Shown piece by piece: positions 1-12,700 of a stretch of 64,000 nt of DNA. A program made the position numbers and the translations under genes. This DNA comes from Ylistrum balloti (taxonomy: Eukaryota), in the NCBI RefSeq assembly GCF_031769215.1, contig NW_026782889.1:1-64000 (forward strand), given 5' to 3'. Position 1 is the stretch's first letter, and every line of letters starts with the position of its first letter. Below the pieces are notes generated by a model, which saw only the letters and a program-made list of their open reading frames with translations, was not told where the DNA came from and did not search any database.

Positions 1-1410
1 TTTTTATCTCGAAGATGTTGAAATCACTGATTGATATCTATTATGTCTATGTTCGCTATATTAAGTCACATTTTCACGAGATTTTCGTCTGATTTTCAAT
101 TCGAAATACTAGTCAAACATTTTAACGAACCGTACAAATTGTACGATCCTGTCATATGCACAACATTATGTTCTAAAAGTATTATTGTCTCCCGTTCACT
201 CTGACAAGTACATCTGACATATTATGTTACTTTTGTTGGAAATGTAGATGGATTCAACAAATTCTTTCACTGAAATGTTCACTTTGTTCAAAGTATATTT
301 GATCCGGTATCTTTTTTGAAATCATTCATATTACAGAGATTCGTTAAATTTACTCAATTTTTATCCCACTCGGACAATTATGTCTGTCATACCGTCCGTA
401 CTGCTGTACATCTTCTTCTGTCCCTGTGTTCAATGTCGTACTAATAACAAATGTATTCATTAAAGGTCTTTTAAATACACATTACAGCTTGATGGCGTTT
501 CAGGTTAAAACAATCAGCTCTTCGATAGATGAGGATGTTGCCGGCCACAACTGTTGATAATGTAGATAAACGTGCTGTTAAGGGTTTCCATAAGACGTTG
601 TATAATGATATTCCATGTGTAATACAATGACTAAACACGGTGGTTACTTGGGTTGACCGAAACGTTTATTTCATCGTATAGTGGTTTTCCATAGTTAGTA
701 CTTCGCGTTAATATCCATTACTAAAGATAGTTCCTAATCAACACACAGCAGCATGCCGTGGTACCAAACATAAGCACCTGTGTAAGGCAGACAAAAACTA
801 AACACCTGCCCATCCATATCAAAGAGTTTCATACAAATCGCGGAGCAGGTCCCATACGTCTCCACGTTCGACTCCCAACTCTCTCTAGCCACTCGAACCC
901 AGACTCGACTAGACATCTGCTGGCTATTGTCTTTGTATTAATAATACCCAAATACTTTATTTCAGCCTAGTCCGAACTGGACAACAATAACCCAGCCCCC
1001 GGAGCATCTAATTATGAAGGCACGTGCGACTAGGAGTACGCGTTATCAACTTCCCATCTTTGATCTACCTTATACATTGTTTCTTATCTTGTTTACTTAC
1101 AAATATGTTCGCCAGTGCGAGGCATACAAAAGAGAGCATCTATCTGTCCTGATCAATCATACTGGCGATATTCTGCCACGGTGCTTCACCACTTGGGTAC
1201 ACACCCCGCCCGTTATCAGGCGTTCATCACTACCTATCACTCACGGGTTTTTTTTACCTCGGTCCAGCATTGACTGACTTTTGACCTGATGTACTTAAAA
1301 CTAAGATGCTGCTCTCTACGACACACACCATTCTAAAGTTATCATTAAACCCATTTTTACTCATTTTGTTACACATGTTATTTTATTAACTTGTATAAGT
1401 GAATCACTCA

Positions 1411-4400
1411 GTAAATGTCAAACAGTTCTGGAAACAAATTTGTTAAAATATATTTTTAATAAAAAATCGATTTCATGGATCAGTTAATGTGCTTATTTGT
1501 CCGATATCTTCTTATCCATTGTACATTGTAAATAAAATGACACCAATGAAATAACACGAGAGATACAAAAAAGTCTATCATTAACTAATGGCTGCATTTT
1601 TCATCTCAAACAAATAATATATTGTTGTACCACATCATACACACTAAACATTGCAGAATTAAAAAAAATATGTTTTTATCTTTGTTTTGAACTGTATCAT
1701 GTTATGTGTAAGTCCCCTACCAAGAATTAAATCAATGCTACAGTATAGACATATAGTCCTTCATTTTTTTAATGTAAGAAATCAGGTTCCTTAATGAGAA
1801 ATAAAACTTATGATATTGCCGATGTCAATTGTTCCTATCATTCACAGCATACACATTTGTAGATATAAGTTAAGTAGATTCGAGCCAAACTTGCGCTGTT
1901 TCCTAATATCCATATTCGATATTTTTGCTCATGACAAGCTCCCAATCAGATAAAAAAAAAAAAAGAAAAATAAAACAGATTAATTTTCGATTCGTTAGCG
2001 TTTCTGGCCTTTCTGGTTGTGGATTTAATAACTTAATGTTACGATGTATATTTTATGAACTTATGGGGACATATGAACGAGGATAATGTCAAATAGTATA
2101 ATATACCACGTTGTTCGACAAAATTGTGTTACGTATAGTAAATGTCTAAATATCTGGTTTGTTAAAATGGATAGAAAGGGGATTCCCCAATGACTGATCA
2201 TATCCAGGAGTCATGTTGTCTGAAACCTTTTATGTGTTGTGATTCGATATCAAACGATAGATGAGAGTTTGTAAAATGCTGTTTGAAATCTAAGGTAAAT
2301 GACATATTAACACAGACGTATTTCATATTTGAGTCGATTGCTGGCGGTGATGATAGTTAACTGCCGTCAAGGTTTTACTGTGTTGTCAGACTGTTTTCCT
2401 CTCCATACTAATTTGTTCGAAGTGTGTGGTATCGTTTTCACACACTTTACAATAAAAGGTCATTCCGATCTGTACAGTTGATGTAAACCTCCGTTCGCAT
2501 CTATAGTTATTCTGTCACCCATGCAGATATTTTTGATCAACGGCATAATATTGCATCAATAATCAAGCAGTAATTGATGATCATTTTGTCCTATCCATAA
2601 ACGAAGTGATACTTTTGAATTGCGAACACAGTGTACACAAAGGATCCTTGCACATGCAAACTAATGAACATCAAACACGTCTAGCTGGATATTTTACGAA
2701 GAAAAAAAATAACGATTTTTCAAAGCGATCACTATGAAGATCTTAACACTTCCCCGTAACTGGCACCAACCTGCATCTATTGAATTCCTGTGTTACGAGT
2801 TTGTCCGTCAGTTGACGATTTCTTGATCGCAAATTGTGATGATGGGTATAAGCATTTAAATCTCAAATAAACGTCAACCTGTAAACACAATAGGTTTGGA
2901 GTTTGGGAATGTTGCTATTCTAGAAATTGAACATCAACAGTATGGAATCACTTAGTTCACATAGGCTCAGGTATTCAATTAGTCTGCCCTCAGCATCTTT
3001 CTCAGCACAAAGTGTTTATTCCATACTCGAGGACTGTTGTGCAAAAAGGCGATAAAAACACGGCACCGTTGCTGTATAAATTTAAACACGAAACGATGCT
3101 GCAGCTTTAGATCTTTTTCAATAATTTAAAATGTTGTTGGTCGTTCCATATACTGACACCCCTATAATGCCATACTTTGACACTGGTATAACGCCTTATT
3201 GATGTAACAACACGTGGCACAGTTATGTTTAGTAAAGAAATGTCACACCTCACTAAACCCATACGTTCATAAGAAAGGACATTAGAAAAAAAGAGGGAAA
3301 ACGATGTTCAGTTTGAGAAGCAAGTAAAATAAAAGTAAATGTCAAACAGTTCTGGAAACAAAGTTGTTAAAATATATTTTTAATAAAAAATCAGTTAATG
3401 TGCTTATTTGTCCGATATCTTCTTATACATTGTACATTGTAAATCAAAATTATACCAATGAAATAACACGAGAGATACAAACAAGTCTATCATTAACTAT
3501 TGGCTGCATTTTCCATCTCTAACAAATAATATATTGAAGTTCCACATCAGGAATACTATACATTGCGCAATTATAAAAAAAAACATTTTTTTTATCTTTG
3601 TTTTGAACTGTATCATGTTATATGTAAATTCCCTACAACGAATTAAATCGCCCAAATCAATGCTACAGAATAAAGATATAGTCCTTCATTTTGTCATTTA
3701 AGAAATCAGGTTCCTTAATGAGAAATAAAACTTATGATATTGCCGATGTCAATTGTTCCTATTTAAGACATTCACAGCATACACATTTGTAGATATAAGT
3801 TAAGTAGATTCGAGCCAAACTTGCACTGTTTCCTAAACTCTATTCGTATTCAATATCTTTGTCCATGGCAAGGTGCCAATCAGATAAAAAAAAAATCGAA
3901 CAGATTAATTTTCGAATCGTTAACGTTTCTGGTCATAACCATCTGGTTGTGGATTTAATAACTTAATGTTACGATGTATATTTTATGATATTATAGGAGA
4001 CATAGGAATCAGGATACTGTCAAATAGACACTTTTTTTGTAATAAACCACGTTTGTGTTACGTTAGTAAATGTCAAAATATCTGGTTTGTTAAAATGAAT
4101 AGAAATAAATTACCTAATGATTAATCATATCCAGTAGTCCAGTTGTCCAAATGTGATACGATTCGATATCAAACGATAGATGAGAGCTTGTAAAATGCTG
4201 TTTGAAATATAAGTTAAATGATATAATAACACAGGCGTATTTCATATTGGAGTCGATAATTTCTGGTGCTGACGGTGATGACAGATAACTGCTGTCAAGG
4301 TTTTACTCTGCTGTCAGAAAGTTTTTCTCTTCATGCTAATTTGTTTGAAGTGTGTGGTATCGTTTTCACATACTTTAAAATAAAAGGTCATTCCGATCTG

Positions 4401-4920
4401 TACAATTGATGTAAACCTCCGTTTGCATCTTTAGTTAGTCTGTCACCCATGCAGATATTTTTGCTCAACGCCATAAAACAATACTGTATCAAATAATTGA
4501 TGATCATTTTGTCCTACCCATAAACGAAGCGATCATTTTTAATTGCGAACACAGTGTACACAAAGGAACCAACAGGCAAACTAATGAGCAACAAACACGT
4601 CTAGCTGGATATGATTACTATGAAGATCTTAATACTTCACCGTAATTGTCATCAACCAGCATCTATTGAATTCCTGTGTCACGAGTTTTTCCGTCAGTTG
4701 ACGATTTCCTGATCGGAAATTGTGATGATGGGTATAAGCATTTAAATCTCAAATGAACTTCAACCTGTAAACACAATAAGGTTGGAGTTTAGGAATGTTG
4801 CTCTTCTAGAAATTGAGCATCAACGGTATGGAATCACTTAGTTCCCATAGGCTCATGTATTCAAATAGTCTGCCCTCAGTATCTTTCTCAGCACAGTGTT
4901 TATTCGATGCTCGAGGACTG
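1411..4920. repeat. Local tandem duplication of a block of about 1.7-1.9 kb (A1 1411-3140, A2 3336-4920, resuming at 5472-5570)
   Basis: Both copies start gtaaatgtcaaacagttctggaaacaaa and stay collinear with scattered substitutions and indels. Confidence 0.9.
2640..2960 (-). mobile_element. Degenerate Penelope-like (PLE) RT C-terminal relic; homologous pieces at about 4560-4830 and 25070-25290
   Basis: The minus strand reads ...RNRQLTDKLVTQEFNRCRL..., resembling the R..LT.KL..QGF...RL motif of an abundant molluscan RT family. Family assignment is from recall. Confidence 0.45.
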
Positions 4921-5879
4921 TGGTGCTATAACAAAACATCGTTTCTTCTTGCTTTTTAAAAGTTGTTGTTAAAGTTGCAGTGATGAACCAGGCCATTGTA
5001 GTACTAATGAAGTCCACGCTTGTGTAAAGTTTTGGTGTATTTTGTTGTGATGTAGTTCTAAGGACTGAACCTCAGGGTCCAGCCCCTCCTGGGTGACCGT
5101 TGAGTAGACAACCCCAAGTATCTACTGCCCAAGTATCGACTGAGAGTGACCAAGCTCTCTGCTGTATTTATACCACGGTCCTATATTATTCAACATCTTG
5201 ACTGATAAAGACAAGTGACCAGAAGAATTACTTAATGGTCTTAAACTCTACATAACCGGTATTAAACTCTACATGACCAACACGCATATCTAACATGTCT
5301 GAATATATAAACACAGGTGTTGACGTTTGAGATATAAGGGTATTTTGACCACAGGGTATATGTAACAATATGATGTAATATTTAAAGGTCCATGCAATAC
5401 TCAAAGGTCAGCTGAACTCTATAATAATTTAAAGGTCAGTTCAAGATTAATTCTTAAAATGGTTCATTGCAAACAGGCGATAAAAGTACGGTACCGTGGC
5501 TGTATAATTGTAAACAAGAAACGGTGCTACAACTTTAGATCTTTTTCAATAATGTAAACTGTTGTTGGTAGAATGAAAGATGTAAAAGATGTTGCAATTA
5601 CCTTACAATGTATTTGTTTCAGAATGATAGAAATTTGCGAATAATACGGACGTAATATGAATATAATTTGTTTTCTGATGGTATAAGATTTTAGTGGATT
5701 CATTGCCGAAAAGAAAACCACGTCCATTTATTGTTCACATATCATATATATAATGATTATCTATACACTATGACTGGTCACACTTGACACTGTATACAAA
5801 CTACAGTTAATGTCGAGAGTATATAGATATTCAGTACCTATTACATATATATGTTTCTAAACTTTGAAAGATGAGAAAG

Positions 5880-6300
5880 GTGAGAATCTTTAAAACTCAA
5901 TATATCTCAATGTGAAGATCTCCCAACGAAAAGATTTCTCCATGTGAAAATCTCTCAAAGTAAAGACATATCCGAGTGGAAATCTTTAAGTAAAGGCCTT
6001 TTTCTGAGTGAGAATCTCTCATAGAAAATACCTATCCGATTGAAGATCTCTCAAAGTAAACATCTCTCTATGTGAAGATCTGTCAAATTTCAGACATTTC
6101 CAACTGCGAATCTCTCAGAGAAAAGATCTCTCCGAGCGAAGATCTCTCAAATGACAATCTCTCAAAAAAGAGATCTCTCAGAGTGAAGATCTTTAAACGT
6201 TAAGATCTCTCAAAGTAAAGATTTCTGAGAGTGAAGATCTCTCAAAGAAAAGAACTATCTGAGGGAAGATTTCTCAAAGTAAAGATATCTCGCGGGGTCG
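5880..6300. repeat. Degenerate 16/32-bp GAAGATCTCTCAAAGT-type repeats (seed of the 32-bp satellite), unit 1
   Basis: Repeated gaagatctctc and aaagtaaa motifs with high divergence. Confidence 0.8.
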
Positions 6301-7779
6301 CGACTTGGTAAAAGTGTTTGTGAGAACGGAACATAGATTCTAACTTTGTAAGGTGATTTTTTTCAGTCTGTTTGTGTAAAGTTGCGTTTCTCTGGGTTAC
6401 TAAAGTATTGAGGTCAAGAGTCAAATGGCTCACGGACTATTTACCCACAAATAATTAGTATTCAGAGATAATATCAGTTTGTTAAATTTTTGGACGTGAT
6501 ATATATATTTTTTACAGAAACGATTCAGGAGACGTACATCGACGACCATTTTAATACATACGTATACTTTAGTTAGGTGTAGTACATTGTCAATATTCAA
6601 TTAAAATGTTGTTATTATACCCGGCAGCGTGAGGAACATGACATTAGACGATTACGTGGTCACGGGTTAATATAAATATAATAAGATAAAAAATATTATC
6701 CTACCAATAACCATACATTAAGTACACTGTACCATCGATAGCATTGGGAACATTCTGTCATGTTCTTGGGCACGCACAGCTGCACTCTATATGACAGAGT
6801 GAATATGCTAGCAATTAATTTTCTCCTGGGTGCAATAGCACTGACGTTATGGCTCTGTTTATAAAAAAAGGAAATATCACGTGATATTACTAACTTTGAA
6901 TAACCACGAAATAAACGGCGCTGGTCGTCGATGAAGCCGATGGCGCGTACTAATCTGGAACAGCGCCTCACCACGAATGTATATGATCTTCCTTGTTTGG
7001 TCCACATATATTTTAGGTTTTATCAAAATCTAGTTTGAATTAATATGTCAACATGTCGGCATATTCGTTATTGTTTTGTTTCACTAGGCAAATGATTTGC
7101 GGGTGGACCGTTTTGTCCCCGAAAACAGTCACTACTGAGTAACATTTTTAAGTAGCTGAAGATAATTAATGTGGACATAATAAATCGGCGGCCAGTATGG
7201 AATTACTACTTAGTGAATTGCCTCACTACAGGATTAATATTGTGCTCATTGATCATTCAAATAATATAATATTTTCCTTATTTTTTTGGAAAATTTAATG
7301 CAAGGATTGGACTCCTCGGCACCACTATAACCATGTGAAATCGATTTTACTGATTGCATTTATTCAACCTCTCCTACTACCTTGAAATCCTTAGCTTTGA
7401 TCCCTTGAAATGTAAAAAGCTAAAGGTTGTGTATAATATTGAATTAGTGCTATGTGGTTATATACGTGACGGTGTAGAAAATCAATAGGGGTACCAACGT
7501 TTTAGAATCTCTGATCATTCTAAACTGTTGAGGAGTGTTCGCGTCCTGGAACTGAAAAGTCAACATACAAACAAGATATCAATATTGGTAGTTGTGAATA
7601 GAAAACCAATGCATTCATATAAATGAAATGTTGTAAGAATTAATGTTGTATTAAATGTTAAAATGTTATCATTACCAATTATGCCCTGATAACAAATATA
7701 GCGATGGATATGATAACAAACAAGATGTTGACATAATACCAAATATTTTAACATAATAACCAAAAATTTTGATATTATA

Positions 7780-8380
7780 ACGCAGATTTAGACATGATAG
7801 CGGATATGTTGACATGATATCAGAGATGTCGACATGATATCACTGATTTGATATGAAAACGGAGATTTTGATATGATATAAGAAATTCTGACATGATATC
7901 GGAGATGTTGAGATGACATAAGATATTTTGATATGGTAACGGCGATGTTGAGATGATATAAGATATTTTGACATGAAATCAGTGATGTTGACATGATGTC
8001 AGTGATTTTGACATGAAATCTGTGATGTTGACATGATATAAGAGATGTTGATATGATATCAGAGATGTTGATATGATAACGGAGATTTTGATGTTGACAT
8101 GATATAAGAGATGTTGATATGATATCAGAGATGTTGACATGATATCAGAGATTTTGACATGATATAAGAGATGTTGACATGATATCAGTGACTTTGACAT
8201 GATATCAGTGACTTTGACATGATATCAGTGATGTTGACATGATATCAGATATGTTGACATGATATCAGAGATGTTGACATGATATCAGAGACGTTGACAT
8301 GATATCAGAGATGTTGACATGATATCAGATATGTTGACATGATATCAGAGATTTTGACATGATATTTGAGGTTTCGACAT
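7780..8380. repeat. 20-bp tandem repeat GACATGATATCAGAGATGTT, unit 1
   Basis: The 20-bp period is directly visible. The array is diverged on the left and homogeneous at 8100-8360. A related ATAATAACAGAGATGTTTAC 20-mer lies at 8575-8650. Confidence 0.95.
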
Positions 8381-9231
8381 GATACCGGGGATTTTTAAAT
8401 GATAGCGGAGATTTTGACAAAGCCACAAATGTTTAAATAAAAATAGAAAATTTGATATGATCACACAAAGTTGACATGATAAAACTTCAGAGATTTCGAC
8501 ATTATAAGAAAGATATTTACATAATAAACAAAATGATGACATTACAAAAACATGTTTATGATAACAGAAAGGTAAATATAATAACAGAGATGTCTACATA
8601 ATAACAGAGAGGTTTACACAATAACAGAGAGGTTTACATAATAACAAATGTTGATATCATAATCAATATGTTAACATCATAACAAAGAATATGACAAGCT
8701 AATAAATGCAATGAAAAGTCCCAAGGTCTCTATTTGTTGTTATTGTTAGAAATAAGTTCTTCATTCTTTCAGAATATCTATTGAAAATGGCGACAGACTA
8801 TGTAACGATCGTATTTGATACTTAGTACCGGACGAGAAAGGCAATGGAACCAAGCGATGATATCGATATATTGTTACACCTGTTTTTTTTTCTATACAGA
8901 AGTGATACTAGTTCGATTGTTCATGAAAGACTCAGATTATAGGGGCATGCGAGTTGTTTCCCTTGTAACGATGAAATTTGTAACAATGTCCTTAGCATTA
9001 ACAGTTTGTTTTCAAACAAATAAAACTCTTATATCACCCAGACAATTTGTGGCAACAAAATTACACTCATGTTTCGAAATGTATAATGTTGTTTGAAAGA
9101 ATCCCAACTCTCGTCTTTTTCTATTACTTTTATGCCGATGAAAATTTGAGATTCACTCTTACTTTACACAATATTTTCCAAACATACGGCAAGAAACAAT
9201 GATTGGGTTTGTAAATTTACTTTCAGAGATA

Positions 9232-9251
9232 CAGTGAAACCTGTCTAATCC

Positions 9252-9316
<65 letters not shown>

Positions 9317-9728
9317 GACTTTTTGGTCGGATTAGGCAGGGTGTCGGAAAAATCAGGTATTGTTGTCGACTTCACTTTGTACACAAAAATATATGCTACC
9401 GCCGGTAGATACGTTAAGCATACTACTAATGTGCATACAAATACACGCTGGTGTTAAAAATAAAACAAAACAATTAAGTATTAATTTACTGACGTTTACA
9501 CATCTGTGGTGCGATGATGACTTACGTGTCGGATTTACCAGGTATAATTAACTAACAAAGATAGCCTGACGTCATAGAAATATGTGTCGGAATTAGGAAC
9601 TGACAGTGACCGGAAATATCAGTGTTTTAATACATTGACAAATAACGCAATTTTACGGGAATACGGTACAGTGTCAGATTTGACAGGATGTCGGAAAAGT
9701 CAGGTGTCGGATTAGACAGGTTTCACTG
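9232..9728. mobile_element. MITE with TIRs CAGTGAAACCTGTCTAATCCGA and a TA target duplication (Tc1/mariner-pogo type)
   Basis: 22-bp perfect TIRs, TA at 9230-9231 and 9729-9730, internal gtcgga subterminal repeats. Absent at the orthologous site in unit 2 (about 29200). Confidence 0.9.
9254..9315. repeat. 62-nt poly-G run inside the MITE
   Basis: Directly visible. May be a sequencing or assembly artefact. Confidence 0.9.
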
Positions 9729-12700
9729 TACTTGTGATATAGATTCCGGATTTCGGTTGTAAAATGCCAAGTTGTGATTTGACGCATTCCATTTAAAATG
9801 TGAATGATGTTTCTATACCAACGACATTCTCAACAACATGAGAATGTCTATTTATAACATTTACCGATTATATAATTATAACGGGGCTGCGATAACTCAT
9901 TCGCTTAGGAGGTTGACCTATGCAACCTATTCGCGTGTTTCGACACTCCCTACCCATGGTTGTTTGTTTCTGGGAAGATGAGAAATTATTTGGTCAGTGA
10001 CTATGTACGTATTTTTGCTGCACTTTGCTATGAAAACTATCAGCCTTCAAATGGTTGGAATCTAGAGGATGACCGGATCTCTGCTGCCAAAATAAAAGCT
10101 CCAACATCGTAATAACAGTGGTAATCTGGAGTGTTTCATGGAGTAAAATAAATGCAGATAGATGAAGTTGAAACCAGCTTTCAATCATTTTCAGGGAGAT
10201 TTGCACAGAATCTCACTAGGTTTTTGCCAGTTAAAATTAGTACGAAGCTTTATTATGGAGCATTTGAACGATGAAGTTGACTATAAGATCATGATTGATG
10301 GTTTTGTGTCAAACATTGCCAGAGTTCAAATTCAGTGTCCAAATACTTCTGTCAAGCTTGTGTTTGATTAGGTATGATTAAGAAGTAGTCAAATCTTAGT
10401 TCTGTCAGTGCCGCACTTTGTCCACAGTAATAAGTGCATATTTCCATTTGTCTTCTATATAGGGGCACCTAGCTTTTGGAGGACATACAGAAAAGGTATA
10501 AGGAGTAAGGAATTTCGGTACTTCATTCGGAAGATTGAAGATTCTTCTCGCATACTGGTCCTTTTAGATATTTCAGACACGGACAGTGATCCAGACCAAT
10601 AAACCTGTGTAGATAATAATCACAAGATAATTGGAAATATAATCTTCCAGACAAGTAAATATGCTAAATAGCTTAATAGATACCTTTTATTTAACTCGAT
10701 AGTTTACAGAAAATACTTGTTGACAGACCAACATGTATTCCATTCGATTTTTATAACTTAAAGAGCATCATCATGGTCAATCAAAGTTCTATCAAATTGT
10801 AGACATTTTTATAGTAAATGCAAACAGTGATAATCAATACTGATGTACCTGATAACGAATACTTGTCTAATCTGAGTGTTTATTAACATCACAGTTTTAA
10901 TTGAAATAATTGTAAATTCCATTTACATCTAGTATGGTTACAAAACTGACCATCACAAAAAACCCGTTATGTTTAATAAGATTATAGAATGCGTGATCAT
11001 TTGCATGTTATAAGTTTTGTAACTAAATGTCTTACAGAAGACAAACAAAGAGTTAGTTTTCACTCAATTGTTTTGTCTAAGGAGTAGGATTTGTCTTGGC
11101 AGTACAACACAAACAACCGTTGTTATGGAAAATAAGATGTTTCTATAAAGTTAAAAGAAAAAGCTGTTGATTAAAGATATATCATTGTTACACATTGTAG
11201 TGCGTTCTATTTCTATTTGATATCGATTACATTCTGATGAACAATTTTACAACTGCTTCATCCTTAAACATGGCTTACCATACTGATTTTGAAAATCCAA
11301 AGTTGAGCCAAATTCGACCCTTCTTTTTCTGTATATTGTGACCTCATGCTTTGACTGATTGAGAAGAAAGGGCATCAATGAAAATATTTTTGAAGTAGGT
11401 CAAAAATCCAATACGGCCGCAATGACGCCAAATGTCGAAAACGTAAAACCGGCATAACTAAAAAACAATTGAATGTATTTTATTTGATTTTTTTTTTATT
11501 TTACAAATGCTCAGAAAAAATTATTGATCGATTTGGGATGTCAATCCTATCCAATGGATGTGAATTCTTTATAACTTAGAGTGCACATTTTGCTATATCT
11601 TAGAATTAACTCCGGTCCCCAAACATTGTTATTTATTTGAAATGTACACCTTTAGCTCAGCGGCGATTCCACATCTGTGACGGCAGAAGTTAAACCTGTA
11701 TGGAGGTATCAAAACACGCATCCGGATGTTACATGTATCTTAATAAAGCCGTTAATCTAGTGATTATAAATAGTATACTTCTCATCACTTTCGTTACAGT
11801 ATTGAATATACGATTGAAATCGACTTGTACCGAGAAACGACATAAGTGTATTTAAAAAATAACATGAAAATTAAGTACATTGTATGTAGTATTTGTCACA
11901 TCAGCTGTCTCGTATAGTAGCATTAATTAACGGTATGAGGAAGAGGTAATTTTGTTATGTTCATGCTTTATGCAATCTAAAGATATTACGTTATGCATAT
12001 AACTTCAGCATATTACGGAAGGAGTATAGTCTGTTCAATTCCCGCATAAGTAAGGCAATTAATTCGATGATATTTTTTCCTGATCATACTTCCTGATTAC
12101 ATTCTTGTAACGTGGAAAATCTGAAGGAACATAATATACACCAATCTGCAAGTTCTTGTTACCCCTTACTGACCTACTGACACCCTTTTAATGCCATACG
12201 TTGACACTGGTATAAAGCCTTATTGTTGTGACAGCACGTGGCACAGTTATGTTTAGTGTTTGTACAGGTACACAATTTAACATCTATGTAGACTAAGATA
12301 GTAGATTGAGATTATTTGATTACTTAACGAAGGTAATAAATCATATACTGTGTATATTACACGTGTACGGAGAACAAAAGCTATTTTTCATATTCGTGTA
12401 GCTTAAATCATGTAGATACTTCATCTAACCCAACTTATCATTAATCAACAACAGTAGCAATCAACGTCGGAGATATTTTGAAAAAATAAAAAATGAAAAT
12501 GACAAATCATGAAGCCAGTTCATTAATAAACACAAATTCAGAAACCTGAAAGGGTTGTTTGTAACACGACCTTCAATTCATTAGTAATTCTTCATTGCCA
12601 TGAAAGTCAACAAACAATGCAACACAAATGACCGTATCAGAGATTGAACCAAATTTCCAACCCGAATGTCTAGAGTGTGGAGCTGATAGGTTAGTCATTT

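Noticed and set aside
700-1300. GC-richer LTR-like stretch with short ORFs
   Set aside because: No defined ends, TSD or second copy in the window.
7788-8542. Minus-strand ORFs of 65-73 aa
   Set aside because: They are translations of the 20-bp repeat (ISCQHL motifs).
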